Below, piece after piece: positions 37,786-51,844 of a DNA stretch of 64,000 nucleotides. The first letter of the stretch is position 1. Every line of letters starts with the position of its first letter. Position numbers and translations under genes: made by a program. This stretch comes from Podarcis liolepis. Taxonomy: Eukaryota. The stretch lies in the NCBI GenBank assembly GCA_965112155.1, contig OZ218100.1, one strand, 5' to 3'. Under the pieces are notes generated by a model. That model was not told where the DNA came from. It saw only the letters and a list, made by a program, of their open reading frames with translations, and did no database searches.

Positions 37786-37961
37786 CTTTAAAATGGACAA
37801 GAAAGTAATTGCTTCACACCTGAACACACTGCACGGTGTTCAAAATTTATTCCTTGGACTCAGCAGGTTCTCTTATAATTGTGGGTGGCATAGTTACGCC
37901 AGCCATTGTACTGCTCAGTAAGGGGCAATGTAGGGCTCACAAAAGTAAAAATCTACAGTAC

Positions 37962-38279
37962 CTGCACATATAAGGACATCTCAGTAACGTCTTTTCCTGG
38001 GATGTCAGCCTCGCCAAGAGCCTGAGATTTCTTGTCCAAGAATGACTGGAGTTTATCAGTGAGACACTCAAACAGCTCCACTTTGGTCTTCAATCCCTCC
38101 AACTTTTCAAGTTTTTTCCTGTGTTTATTATTTGCTTCACAAAACCGCTGAGAAAGTTCGTTCATTTTAGCTTGTAAAGAGGATGCAGTGGATGGGTCTG
38201 TTGTTTCCATGAATTTGTTCAATTTTTCTTTCATGGCATTTAGGCTACTTTGCCGACCCACAATGTCTTGTTCTAGAGC
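37962..38279 (-). CDS. DST: Dystonin exon ([12 protein letters not shown]...SLYVQ), 318 nt
   Basis: [18 protein letters not shown] matches DST; phase 0-0. Confidence 0.94.
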
Positions 38280-39228
38280 CTGGGATAAATAGATAAGTCT
38301 GAGAAGACAGCCATACTCATGGGTGCATCTCTATGTGAATGAAGTGATTGCAAGCTGATGTAAATAACTGCACTTCCTGTAGTCAGTTTCTAAAGCAATG
38401 GAATCCACAAACAAGAAGTGGCAATGAGGAAGAACCCCAAAGATAAAGATGCGGAAGAAATTTGAATTGCATTTAAAGGTGAGCATGAAAGAATATGTGA
38501 AGCAAAAGCACAGCTATCCTTTGCACGTCTCCAAATTTACCAATGCAGTTCTCAAACTAAAAAAATCTATACACAACTGTGTATATTAGCATGAAATATT
38601 TATAAAAATTCAATGAATGTAGCACACAAAACTGCATAACAGGCAAAAATTGTTGCAAAAATGTGTATATCGGGCAAAATTGCACACATCTATGTGTACA
38701 TTTAGGAGAAAGGCACACAAAAATGCTAATGAATTGTTGTGGTGACTTCTTTAAAAAAAATTGAACTGATGCAGAAATGTGGCAAACAGAACTTAAGATT
38801 GGAAAAAGAAGAAACTAAAAGAGACAGATTTGTTTATTGCTACTCTTAGAAAAAGTAGTCATTACTCAATAGCTGCAGAAGTGACGACCAATGGTTTTGT
38901 GCAGCCCCCTGTGCCGACCCTGGTAGTATATTTGGATTTGTGGCAGTCTGCACAGAGACTGGGACAGCTGACATGCACTTTCAGGTTGTCTGGAACACTA
39001 ACATACAATATTAGCATGCATCTCACCCACAAATGCACTATGCGCACTAGAGAAAGTCACCGTTTAGATGCACTCTAATGAAACACTGTTTTAAGACTGA
39101 ATTTTCTTCAGATACCTGAATGTATTAATGAAAACTTATTTTCAGTATCTTGATTTCCCCCGCCCCCACTTTGAGCTTTAAGTTCCTGGCATTAGTAGGA
39201 AAATTTGCTCTGCTAAAAACTAACTCAC

Positions 39229-39437
39229 CATACTTTTACTAATGACATCCTGAATTACAGAAGAATTCAAAGGCACTTGACCTTGCTCCTCAAGACTCTT
39301 CTCAACACCATTCATCCAATCAAGCATTTCATCCAATCCATCCTGGACGCTTAATGAACGTGTCAGAGTGATCTGAAGTTTCTCATTCCGGTCATTCACT
39401 GCTTTGGATAAGTGGTTATACTTATCCACAATAGTAT
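39229..39437 (-). CDS. DST: Dystonin exon ([10 protein letters not shown]...DVISKSM), 209 nt
   Basis: [25 protein letters not shown]; phase 1-0; donor GTGAGT. Confidence 0.94.
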
Positions 39438-41984
39438 CTGAAAGAAACAAGTAGATAAAGGATAGTTTATAAGTTCACAACCATTTTAGAATACAAGCAA
39501 CTGCCTTTGGCAGAGTTATGCTAATAGTCCAGCTAAATAAGGGATGGGGAACCCATAGCCACCCAGATGTGGTTGGACAACAATTCCTATCACCCTGGTA
39601 CCATTGGCCACGGGGGCTGAAATTGGAATCGAACAACATCTGGAGGGCCATAGGTTCACTACCACAGGGCTATCACAACATAATTTACTGCAATTGGAAA
39701 CAGCACTTTGGGGTCTCAGGCACAAGTGTTTGCCAATTCTGCTCCCTAACACCCTATGACTGGGGTCGATGGAATTGAACCTCAAATTTTGTAATACATC
39801 AAAGATAGTTCCTGTACCTTAATCAAGTTATTGGGGAAGAAGAGAAGTTAATCCGTAAAGTGTAGCTTGCCTTGGCACACTGCGGCAGGAGTTTGAAAAG
39901 CTGCACCTGACAATATTCTCTTATCTACACAAGTGTCAATTTTACAAGAGCCTTAACGCTGAAAGGTTAGCCAAAAATATCAGCAAAGCAATACTTTGCA
40001 TGTAAAACACACATTCAAAGTATTGCTGGGTCGCTATTTTCGGCCAAGCTTATTTCAACCATGAACAAGATAGAGAGTTGAAAACATAATCCCTTTGAAA
40101 ACAGGCAGGAGAAATTTCCCCTAAGTTTTGGAGCAGGATAGGCAACTAGACAAAGTGGTGGGAGTGTCTTCCCCCCCTTTTCAACTTTTTTTTAAAAAAT
40201 CCCTGTAGCTGCCTGTATCCCACATATTCTGGAACACTCATGGGAAATAACACACACACTCTCCTCTTAAGGAACAGTCCCCACTCCCCAAAAAATTCTT
40301 CTAACTCACTTTCACAATCCATACCTAAAGATTTGCCTAAGAAGTATTCTTCAGAATTTAGTATTTGCAAACAGCTAGCCAATATGACCAATAACTAGCT
40401 GTGACAAGGAGCATAGCACATGATATAGGAAAGAGGCCAGTTAACACAAGCCGCACACAGTAGCGGACAATGCTTGGCTCTCAGAGTAGCCCCAGAAGGA
40501 TGCAGAATTTTCTACTTGAGGTTCTCTCAAGTGAAACTGAACCTTAGAAACAGAACCTTAAAAATTCACAGCATAGGGGACCCATAGATAAAAGTTATTT
40601 TTTTCTGAGAGCATACTATGGATTCTTCATCAGTACGCTGACTGGAGTCAGACATATTCGACTCTGAGAACAACAAAGGGTTGGGAACACGTGATTCCCT
40701 TTTACAAGGGAGCTGGGAACATGTGATTCCTTCTATGCCTGAAGTGCATGCCCACAGAAGATGGCCTTATGGATAAAACAGTTGGATAGAACAGTTAATC
40801 GATTCAGGTGGCTTGACACAGGTTTTAAAAAGGCAAATTGCAAAATATCTAAAAGAAAGAGGTTATATAAAAAGCAAATGTCCCCAAAGACTGCTGAGGC
40901 CCGAAGTCAAAGGGCAATATTCTACAAAAGAAGGATTTAATCTGTTCTTCCTGCTGATTGGTTTTAGCAACTGATATCACTGTCTCATAAAGGGGACAAT
41001 TCTATCAGTTGCTCAGAACTACCCTACATCTCCAAGCCAGGTAAATACAACCTGGCTTTTATTCTTTACAGCAGGAATGGGGAACCCTTTTCAGCCTGTG
41101 GGTAGCATTATTTTCTGGGCAAGTTTCCAGGGACAACATGCCAGTGGTGCGCTGTAACAGAGGCAAAAGCAAGCAGAGTTATGAATGTAAATTTTGTCTT
41201 TGTACAATAGGCTAGTCTCTACACACACTCCCATACTATCCTCAAGAAGGGTGCAAAGCGGAGAACGGGTGTAGCTGGTGAGGGGATCTGAAATGGGGGG
41301 GGGGGTTCCCCAGAAATTCTGTAGTGTCGGGTTTCCCACTTTTTTTGGGCACATTCTTCATTCATCAAATATCAAACACAAATAGCTAGAAAAGCAGCTA
41401 GAAAAATATCAGACGGAGCACTGAAAAACAAACCACCAAAAATTTAGCAGGTTAAGCAGTGCCAGGCATGAGTATGAAAAGAGGTATTGCAATATTTTAA
41501 TACATTAACTTGTAACAGCAGGATGTTAAACAGATGGGCTTCGCATACTTGACGGTTGGAACCAGGGAATTAAAGGCTTAAGTCTGCATAGCCAGCTTTC
41601 TCTTGCAGGCCTTTATACATATTCCAGTAATCTCATATGGCTGCTAGGGCAGAACAGTTATAATTTTAAAAGAAACCTCAATCAGCTCAGATATCCTCTT
41701 CTCCAGACTCTTAGGATGTGTGTCTTTTTAACTCACTGAAACCACAAGATCACCCCTGAATCCAAAGTTTAGTTTAACCCGTCATTACCTCTGCACTTCT
41801 TGGTAACAGTTTCTCTGTTTCAGCATATTTGATTATTATTACAAGTAGAAATATCACTGAACTGTGTGTCATTTCCCCTAATTCTTTTCCGGCTTGAAAT
41901 AGGAAAACAAATTCTGAACATGCACAGTTAATGCCTATGCTGGCCTTTGAATAATAGATAGTTGATGGCCTCTGATCTTAACTT

Positions 41985-41988
<4 letters not shown>

Positions 41989-42022
<34 letters not shown>
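41989..42022. repeat. (GT)n microsatellite
   Basis: Direct inspection. Confidence 0.95.
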
Positions 42023-42025
<3 letters not shown>

Positions 42026-42953
42026 GAGAGAGAGTAAACTAATCTGATTTTTTAAAAAATGGTATAGTGGTAAATAAATATTTGTATAAAGAAATATAGA
42101 TGTGATGAACTAGAAAGCGATACTACTCTTCTTAACTATAAATGTTTACATATGATTAGCGCTACGGTAGTTACGTTGAAACTTCTTTCCACAATAACTT
42201 TGGAGCTTCCATGTGCACAAGGTGACTTTTTGCCTTGGAGCAGCAGGACACGCTACCACCGACACCAACACTATGACTTGTCACTAATGGGTTTGGAAAG
42301 TTCTGCAAGTTTCAAAAGCCATTTGTCGTGTGGTCTGAGTTCTGATAAACCCAAGTGCTTCATAAACAGAGATGGGGAACCCGTGGTCCTCCAAATGTTG
42401 CTGGAACACAATGCCCATCATCCCTGACCACTGGGTGGGACTGATGGGAGCTGGAATTCGACAGCACCTGGAGGGCCCAGCTACCCCAATGCTGCCCTAG
42501 GATCACCTGAAGCTATTGAAGCTAAGCAGGTGGAAATCTGATCAGTGCCTCACGGAAAAGCTACTGGGAGTCTCACATAAGCAACTTCAACACATCTCCC
42601 CTCCACCCTTTTGCCCTTGAAAATGGCTCACTCATTCCATTTGTAACATGCGACTGCAGCAGACCTGCATTTAGACACGGGCCTGTCACTGTCACGTACG
42701 GTTTGGCGCTACATTGTAGGGACATGACCCAGCCAAACCTGAGCACTACTAAGTCCTGCTGATTTTCATGGGCTGAGAGCTAAACAACTGCTCCGCCTGA
42801 TTCAGTAAATTATGCCCTTTGCCTTAAAAAATAATAACGGTAAAAATAGCTTAGTTGTAGGAGGCGAGGAGGCAACCACCACTTAGTATCTTCTCCAGTC
42901 TACAAATATGAGCAATGGAAGAAGGAAATGGAGAAGACAGTTACTCATCTTAC

Positions 42954-43077
42954 CCAGGGTATTCTGGATTTCATCTTTGTCTGGCAGTAACTCCCCCCTG
43001 GTGTCAAAAAGCACTTCGGCAGCTTTTTTCAGTTTCTCTACAGCAACCTGGTGACCGGACACCTGCCCCTGAAGCAC
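42954..43077 (-). CDS. DST: Dystonin exon ([18 protein letters not shown]...IQNTL), 124 nt
   Basis: CAG acceptor, G|GTAAGA donor, phase 0-1. Confidence 0.93.
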
Positions 43078-43851
43078 CTGTAAAAATGTACAATTTTTCA
43101 ATTCTACTGCTTGCTAATTTGTGTGTGTATGTACACACACACAGGCACACAATAACCGTAAGATTGGTTTGGCAGACACCATTAAACATCTTACAGATGA
43201 CAATACACATCTTGCTCTGCTGGGGAACTTCTGAGCAGAATCCAGTTGGCTACTCGGGATGATAGAAAGCTACACTAAATGAAACCATGAGCTGATCCAA
43301 AATAGGCACTTCTTATCTTGACACGAGCAAACGCAATTTGCAGCCCAAGATATTTTGCTTATTGCCCTTTTTTTGCATAGCTCCCGCTTACTACAATGGG
43401 ACTTACGCAGTGACTATGCTTTTCATGCTATACATTAAAATTGCAACTTGGCTACCACTCTGATAAGCATTTCATTAAAAAAAAAAACAGGCTCTCCTAA
43501 CCAACTGCCATAAACAGAGCTTCCCTGTCACATAAAAGCAGTTACCCATCCATGGGAAGAGAGTTTTGTTATTAAAAACGCAATCTGTGATGTCAGTCGG
43601 CCTTTGGGGTGGTAAAGTGGGCAGGCTGCAGATGGAGAGCCCTCTCTGTTCTGCCTATAGCGCTACTTCTGCTTTATGTCACAAGAGATAACATTTGTCG
43701 GGAACCAGGAGGATTTGGAGGAAAGAACTCCAGATAAAGAGAATGTTTCATCTACCTTAATCCAGTTATCTTTTTAAAAAAAACAAACAAAAAAACTTCT
43801 TATGAAGAAGTGTCCATGTTGTTGTTGTTGTTTCCTCTCTCCACACAAATA

Positions 43852-44069
43852 TGGTGGTACCTCTGGTTAAGAACTCAATCGGTTCTGGAGGTCCATTCTT
43901 AACCTGAAACCGTTCTTAACCTGAGGTACCACTTTAGCTAATGGGGCCTCCTGCTGCTGCCACCGCACGATTTCTGTTCTCATCCTGAGGTAAAGTTCTT
44001 AACCTGAGGTACTACTTCTGGGTTAGTGGAGTCCGTAACCCAAAGTGTTTGTAAACCGAGGTACCACTG
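43852..44069. mobile_element. Tc1/mariner (Tigger/pogo-like) MITE
   Basis: TIRs ..GTGGTACCTC / GAGGTACCACTG with flanking TA at 43850-43851 and 44070-44071; internal ttcttaacctga repeats. Confidence 0.8.
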
Positions 44070-45192
44070 TACTTGAATTGTGATTTTTTTCCCCTGTTGC
44101 CAGCGTGATGCAGTGACTCCGAGTTGGAGTGCTGGGCTTGGACCGAGGAGCCCGAGGCCAAATCCTTGCTAAACTATGGCTTTTTTTCAGTCAGAACATT
44201 CTGGAACGCTGGTTACTCAATATAAACTGGAGTCATAGTTTAGCACAGTGCTTTTTTTCTAGACAAAAATGTGTCAGAATGCACCTCCCTCAGAAGGCCC
44301 ACCCCAGAGCCCCAAGAGGATCTCTTTGGACTTGTGGGGGGGGGTGTCTCCTCACGAGCCAAAGGCTTGTTGAGGACGCTTATCTGAGGTGAGTCTTACT
44401 CGCCTCAGGTGAGCAGCTTAATGAATCCCTGCCCCCACCTCCTTGGCTCTCATGAGCAATGGGGCTTGCTCAGCTGAGCAGCGGCATTCCCACGTGTTAG
44501 CTGGCAGGGTGTTATATTGAGTCACTCGTTATCTCTCAATATAATCTACCTTGCAGGGGTGTGGTGAGGATAAAAAGGAGTAAAAACATATACACTGTCC
44601 TGATTCTACTTCTGGTTCTCTTAGACAGACACTGTTGGTCCCTGATGAGGCCACTTGCCCTTTCAATGTCCTTTCTGAATTTACTGGGTTTTGTTTTGTT
44701 GAGAGGGTTTTTTGGGGGGTGGGGTATTGCTTACACTTTCTGTCCGTTTTATTTCCGTAGAAATATTTATGTCCGTAGAAAAAAAGCACGGATCAGATCC
44801 GAGTGTGAGTGGTGGGTCCGTCCGTCCCGGCACCATGTTTTGACACCATGAGATGGATGTTTTGGCCCACAACTGTTCCTTAGCTTTCCAAATGTGCACC
44901 CAGGCTCAAAAAGGTTCGGGACCCCTGTCATATAGCCACAATGTTCAATAAGCACTTGGGGTCCCATGAACAAGCCAAAGAGATAATGATCAAAAAAGTG
45001 TCATTGACAGGACACTTCCAGGTTTCCCTTGTAACAATCAGCATTATTTTTTTCTCTATCTGACATGTTCAACTAATGTCCCGTCCCCCCACCAAACACA
45101 CATACACCAAAGGGGAACATGCCCTTCCTTTATTATATAAAGTGCTTTTTCTTAAAATACAACAGCTCTGGATGTTTTTTCACTTGGTTTAC

Positions 45193-45369
45193 CTTGGTTT
45201 CTTCCAGTTGTCTCTGGAGATTTTTTGGATCTACAGCAACTGCCTCAGACAACTGTTTATTCACAGCTTCTTCAGAGGCCTGAAGTCCTGTCAGTAGCCC
45301 AGATGAGGTGTCCTCATAATTCTGATATTTATCTACCAGATCTTTGAGGTTATTTCCAAGGATACTGCA
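45193..45369 (-). CDS. DST: Dystonin exon ([15 protein letters not shown]...QRQLEETK), 177 nt
   Basis: Manual translation; TAG acceptor, AAG|GTAAAC donor, phase 0-0. Confidence 0.93.
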
Positions 45370-46550
45370 CTAGAAGTGCACAGAGAGAAAACGGTATTCA
45401 AGAATGGAAATATATTTTAAAGCATTTGTATATAATATTACTAGCTAAAAGCTTTAGGCAATTTGAAAACATCTTGTAACAGTAATTCAAATACTCTGCT
45501 TAGCTCGTACTGCAAGATATTTATGCAGTGATAACAATGCCTTTTCATACTGCTCCAGTATCGGCTGAACATGGAAAGCACACACAAGCCTGCATTGTCT
45601 GACACCCTAAACCAAACCCTTTTCCTGCTGCACTGCATCAAGCAAAGCGAAGGTTTGGCTTAGAGTGTGTTGTATGAACCAAGACTTTTGTTTAAACTTC
45701 CCTCCTCACTAACTTCTGACACTCATGTGAGAGGTTTTTATTGCAACTGGCTCCATCTAGTGGTCAAATTTGAATAGCCAGACAAGTCAGGTTTGCAGAC
45801 AAAATCATAACCTGGAAGTTTGTATATCCTGAGAAGACCTAAGTTTTAGAAGTTTGAGTTAAATGAACAAAATAAGAATTCCAGAATAAATTTATTTTGT
45901 GTGTTGGCTAATGTGTATCTCAGTTTTTATCTCTCTTCCATCACCGCATATGTACAATGGTGGTGTTTTAGCTAAAATATGAAGCCCAGCACAATGCAGA
46001 GCAGTAGTCAAAGTGGTACCTGCTGATGTCTGGCAGCCATATGAAGCTTCTAGTCGATTTCTAGATTATCATTTGTGGCAAAGGATGAATCTGTGGCTAC
46101 GTGGTAATCTTATGGCATCACCCAGATTTCTGCTTACCACACCACCACAGAATGTCACCTGAGTGGCAAAGCTTTGATCTGTGCTTTGGGCACATAGTGT
46201 AGCAATCAGACTGCTGCCTTAGGGGTGTTCAGGCATTCACCTGAACATGTGGACTGTTAAAAGTGTGGACAGGGGTGCACACACAAGCCCCACTCCCCAA
46301 TGTCCTCACATACATCACACTACTGCAGTCCCCAGCCTTCCACGTTGCACAGAGGAGTGTGCCAGGGGCTTCTACTTCTGCTCACTTGCACACAAAAAGA
46401 CTCCTCCATGCAACTGAGGACACTGCTTTATCAGAGTTCAACTCTTTATAAGAGTTCTACTTGGATTCTAGTGAACATGAGTAGAAGTCACCTGCAAAAT
46501 GCTTATTAGCACATCACAGGAAAGCTCAACAACTGAGGACATTGGGGATG

Positions 46551-46552
<2 letters not shown>

Positions 46553-46596
<44 letters not shown>
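46553..46596. repeat. (GT)n/(GC)n alternating purine-pyrimidine tract
   Basis: Direct inspection. Confidence 0.95.
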
Positions 46597-47648
46597 CCGT
46601 GTCCCTGCTCCCACCCACTTTCTGTATTCATGTGTTTAGGCACTTAAAGACACTCTTTTTAACGCACTAAAAGGGCTGTTTAAATAGCTACAGAGACCAA
46701 ATTCGGTTCTAAGTTGTCTCAGAGCACACGTTTAAAAGCCTCAGAGTAAATGGTAAGAAAACAAATGGGATTCCCTGAGAAGATCAAATATTGTGCAATA
46801 CAGAAAAATATACAGAATAGGGCAATTTAGTATTTCGCATAACACCACCCCCACCATATATCATTAAATAAAGCCAGTACACTAACATTAAAGCTGCAAT
46901 CCTAAGCAAACTTACTAGGGAGCAAGTTCCATTAAACACAGCGGGACTTACTTCTGAAGAAACATGCAATGAATTGAACTGCAGGATTTAAACATGGTTT
47001 AGGGATGATGAGGAATACTTCCAAGCCTAATTAACATGACAGCAGTTATGCTCACAAATTCACTGTGAGAACCCTGATTATATCCAGCTTTTGAATGTGA
47101 TTTTAGGATCATATCTGGTTCCACTGTAAATTGGTTTGGCAATGCTCACAAGTGATGCATGGGAATGTCAGGCTAGGACATGAGAGAATCTGGCTGAAAT
47201 CCCCGCTTAGCCATGAAGCTCAGTGGGTGACCCTGGGCCAGTCCCACTCACTCACACCGTAACCTACCTAACCTACTTTTCAACTTGTGAGAATAAACTG
47301 CGGTCGGGTGGGGGTGGAGACTATGCTTGCCACCCTGAGCTCACAGAGAAAGTGTAAGATAAAAATGAAGTGAGTAACGACAAAAAGTGGGAACAAGAGC
47401 CTGTAGAAACTCACAAACTGAGAGTGAAAGGGAGAAACCTAAACCCTAATCCTGCTTCCTCAATTCAGTTATACATTTTGCCTGATACAGGGAAAACATA
47501 AGATACAGAGAGATGCAGCAACAAAATACCCTTAGACAGGCTCATCCTCTACAGAAAGAATTCTGCTTTTAATTTCATGTAACAATTCAGTGAACTAAAA
47601 GGTTTATCTCATGGATACACATTCCACATGAATTCACATTCAATTTAC

Positions 47649-48194
47649 CTTAGAGTAGAGAGATTTGAAGCGACCAGTTGCACTATCCAGCTTATTCTGT
47701 ACCTCAATGTAAGTTGAAGAAGTATCAATACCTTCCTTGTCGTATTTGACACCTTCTCTTTTATTACACGATTTAGCAGCATCCAATACTCTCTGTCCAG
47801 AAATGGTGATGTACCGCAAGTCCCCTTTGTGAGAAATGACATCTTCCGAAAAACTCTTCTGCCTTTTCAGTTTGATGATAATCCCATTAAAGTCAGATGC
47901 ACCTGTTTCCAGATTATCAAGTTCCTGCTCTCCCTGCTGGAGCCAGCTTTCAAACTCGCCATAGTCCGCGTCAAACTTCTCAAGCTCCTCCTGCAAAGAG
48001 CGAGTCAACTTCAGCTTCTGCTCCGACTCTGCTAAGGCAGTTTCATACTGCACCTTCAGTTCCTTCATATTCCTTTGAATCTTCTCCTTTTCCTCTGGAG
48101 AAAGATGGTGTCCTTGCTTCTCAAGCAGGGCTTGGGTTGACTGTGTAGCTATTATGACAGCTTGCTGCTGGGAAATAATTTTCTCATGCTGAGC
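47649..48194 (-). CDS. DST: Dystonin exon ([11 protein letters not shown]...RFKSLYSK), 546 nt
   Basis: [24 protein letters not shown] motif; canonical boundaries, phase 0-0. Confidence 0.95.
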
Positions 48195-48978
48195 CTGGGT
48201 GGGGAAAGCGGCAGGGAATCAAAACGTACATATATAATTAGCAGTGCAATCTGTAATGTGTCCGATTCTTAGGAAATGTACTTAACGATGGTTCAGAAAC
48301 ATTAAACAAATCAAAATGCTGTGTGCTGCAGATGTACCAACCAACTACATTCCTACTTCCCAATCGCAAGAACAAACCACCAGCATTAAAATATCCCAAT
48401 ACACACACAAAGGCTTCTTCAATGGCTTCATGTTAGGGGTAGTTCCATTTATGCACGGACGTGCCTGGATGGAGCTATCCATAACACTGAGGCTTTTGAG
48501 AGAGACCTTGTGCTTAAAGAGAGCTGTGTGCAGCCACTGGCATTCCAATGGATGTAAGATGTGCTAAGGCTGGGCTGTTTGGGTGTGCTTGTCAATTCTT
48601 CCCACTTTGGCCTGCCTTTATTTTCCACAGCTTTGAGCACTTTCAACACAGAAGATAAAGATGAAAATGCTCTACTGGTTCATTAGATAAGAGCTAGGAA
48701 ATAAATATGCTCTGAGGCTTGTAGTGCAGTGAGAGGTGGTGAAATCACCTCCCACGAAATCATTCTAGAGATTCCTTGGCATGAAAAGCAGAGATCTAGG
48801 GGTGGACCAGATTATGTCTCCTGGCTGCACTTGGCTTTTGCTTTGTACGTTTCAAGGCCACCACAACAGCTGGCAATGCTGGCTCCACGGCACATGAGGT
48901 GAGTTTATATCAACCCTCATTTCTTTTCCAGGACAAGCGTGAATTGATAAAGCAATTAGTATTATACATGTGTAGTAC

Positions 48979-49263
48979 CTTGGCTTTCTGATATTGCATG
49001 TTGAGATTATCTTCTGAGGGCTTCAGTTGTCCATCCACGTGAGTTTCATTCTGTTGTTGGATTTCCATCAAGTTGCCATTGACTTCATCGTCTTCTCCAG
49101 CCAACTCTTCCACCTCTCCTTCTTGGAAATGGTTGCCATTCTGTTTAATTGCTGGCTTGCCTTTCTTGCCCCCATGTTCAGCATCCTTGTCGACCTTTGA
49201 CAACCAGTCCAGAAGGTTCTCTATTGTGCTTTTACTCTCCTCCAGCTGTTCTCTAGCTGCAAC
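48979..49263 (-). CDS. DST: Dystonin exon (VAAREQLEESK...QYQKAK), 285 nt
   Basis: ORF 48910..49269; canonical boundaries, phase 0-0. Confidence 0.93.
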
Positions 49264-49853
49264 CTGCACAATTAAAGTTCAAGCTCGAATCTTACGCAGT
49301 CATGAAAAGTTCAAATGCAGATATTCGTGATATTGCAAACAAGGGTATACTAATACATTTGGCGGGGATTAGTGGGACTTTTTCTCCTACTGGTCATGTG
49401 CAAACATCTGCAGAATGATGCAGTGTGCCTGCACTTCTGTATGCTTAGGAAAAATGAGGAAAAACTAAAATGAATTATTATTCCTATTGTTTAAAGGATC
49501 CTCCCTTGGGAGGAAAGACTTATGGAACCAGATGTTTACAGGCCACATTCACATTAGTGAAAGTCTGCACAAGGATTTTAGCTAGTGCAATGGGACTTTC
49601 CTTCTCTGCGCTCTGCCCCTCAAAAAGGAAAAAAATGGCTAGGGGCAGTTGGGAGAACCCTCAGAACAGAATACAGGGGGGGACATCTGGCAAGCAGAAC
49701 TGTTTATGCTGAAGCAACTATCTCCTGAGTGCTACACTGAATTGCTCTAAATGTTCCTTTCATTTGGGAAGCAAATACTGACAATTCCAGATGCATTTGG
49801 TGAATGTCTGAAAATAGATAGATGCATTTCCCTACATTTAATACACACAGTGA

Positions 49854-49892
49854 AATAATAATAATAATAATAGTAATAATAATAATAATAAT
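49854..49892. repeat. (AAT)n microsatellite
   Basis: Direct inspection. Confidence 0.9.
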
Positions 49893-50048
49893 ACTGACAA
49901 TCAATTCCTTGAGTTTTCAGACATTCACAAACATTGTCAGACATTGTTAGACATTCAGACATTGTCTGGGATGGTCAGCATTCACATGCAATGAAAAATT
50001 ATAGCAATGAACCATTTTTAAATAAATATTAAATGGTTGCCAAAGAAC

Positions 50049-50282
50049 CTTTTCTGTTTCTTGCTTAATAGCTGTTGTCACGGCTTTATCCAGCTGTTTC
50101 CTGGACTCCTCTGCCTTCTGGCTAAGCAGCAAACACTTGGTCTTGGCTTCATTAAGCTTCTTTTCAAGAGCAGTCTTGTCTTCTTGTCGCAGCTTTTCTC
50201 CATTTTCTTTCAAAAACATCTCCGTATTTTTCACAATTTCTGCCAGTGCCTGTGTATTTGCTTGCATATCTTTCTGTAGCTC
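50049..50282 (-). CDS. DST: Dystonin exon ([11 protein letters not shown]...KQETEK), 234 nt
   Basis: ORF 49947..50267; CAG acceptor, AAG|GTTCTT donor, phase 0-0. Confidence 0.92.
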
Positions 50283-50912
50283 CTGGAAAGGGGGGGGGGC
50301 GGGGAATCAACAATAAAAAAATCAGAAGGAAGAGTTATCCATTTATTTTTTCACTTCGAAAGCCCCTTTTCTAAGGTACACGCTGGATTTGCCTTCATGT
50401 TTCATGAAAATGGCAACAAGAGAGTAACAATTGCTAAATTTCTACAAGACTGAGATCGAGACCTTTGCTCCATACTGGAAAAGAGTGGAACTTCCTGAAA
50501 CATAATTTCTTCCCTGATAATTAGAGGCTAACTGACCCACCACTCAGGGGCCAACCCTACCATGAGGCAATGTGAGGCAGTCGCTTCAAGCAGCAGATAC
50601 AGAGGGTAGAGTTTTCATATTACACAGTATCATTCCATTGAGCCACTCGGGCATCCCCCTCTGTGGGAGGACAAGGTAGCATGTGCCACAGGGCCTGCCC
50701 TGTATCCCCAAGCTAGCCTGCTGACCTAAGGTATGGCGGAGATGTTAGGAAAACATTCTTAAAGAAACAAATAAAGGTTCCTGGAAGCTTTAAAGAGGGT
50801 TCCAGAATTTACTTTAGTGTGTAGGAGTGGCACTCTAGGCTTGACTGGTGTCAGCTGGAGGTGCAAATAAAGGGAGGAAGTTGCAGACTGCAATTTCAGC
50901 ATGACAAAAGCA

Positions 50913-50913
<1 letters not shown>

Positions 50914-50951
<38 letters not shown>
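50914..50951. repeat. (AC)n microsatellite
   Basis: Direct inspection. Confidence 0.95.
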
Positions 50952-50953
<2 letters not shown>

Positions 50954-51119
50954 TCAGCACGCAAGTTGACAATAAGGTTGGAAGTAAGACAATGAGTGCT
51001 GCTGATACTGTGAGTTTTGCTGTGTTGGGATTGTTAATTACTGGGCTGAGATTATACCATTCTGGAGAGATAAAGAAAGAATGTAAAAGACTCTCCTCCC
51101 TGGAAGAGAGGAGAGTGGT

Positions 51120-51844
51120 TGTGGGCGGGAGACCGAGCCCCGCCCCTGGTAGGGGGCATTAGCCCCCTCCCCTCCTACCTGGCTGGCGCCCACGCCCACC
51201 AGAGGTGGCCAACCAGGTGCCTCCGGGGGGCGTGTGTAGCAGCTTAATGCTGTGGTGCCAGCTCCGCCTCCTCCTCATTCGTCGTCGTCCCTCAGCGAGT
51301 CACCCACCCTCCACTCCCATTTAGCTCAGGGTATAGGTTTTTGGCCTTGCCATGGACCTTAGGTTGGTCGCCCTGGTTGGCTGGGGGGCCTGGTAGGAAT
51401 TTTTCCATTTGGCATTAGGCCTTTTGGTTTTTTCGCCTACCTCGTAGCAATTGTCACAACTTTTGTGGTATTGGTGGGTAGGTTAGGCATTGGATTCATG
51501 TGTTGTGCTGTGTCAAGGGCTAGGTCTGGCCATCGCCTATGCTATCTACCGTGGGTTATTCCCTTAAAGGAATCTGGTGGTCGTGTATTCCGTCCGATGC
51601 CTGCTTGGCGGGAGGCCATGGCACGACCCTCGGTGACATCAGGGGGTGAGCCTATAGTTGGATGAGCATCAACAGGCTCCACCTACTGTTGAATAAACCC
51701 ACCACCTATAGTCATCCAATGCCTAAGCCAATACCTTTTCACTGCTGTAATCAATAAAGTTGTGGCCTTTTCTTGCCCATTAACCTTATATCACGTGTCC
51801 TTGTGTATTTATTTCACATAGCGGGGTCGGGCCCTCGATCCACA
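51120..51844 (+). mobile_element. GC/CpG-rich 725-bp element with TG...CA ends (solo LTR or non-autonomous DIRS/Ngaro-like)
   Basis: TGTGG...CCACA termini, imperfect ~24-bp inverted ends, AATAAA at ~51693 and ~51753, sharp composition change against the flanks. Confidence 0.65.

Noticed and set aside
40674-40732. ~32-bp imperfect tandem duplication
   Set aside because: Ordinary local duplication with no evidence of function
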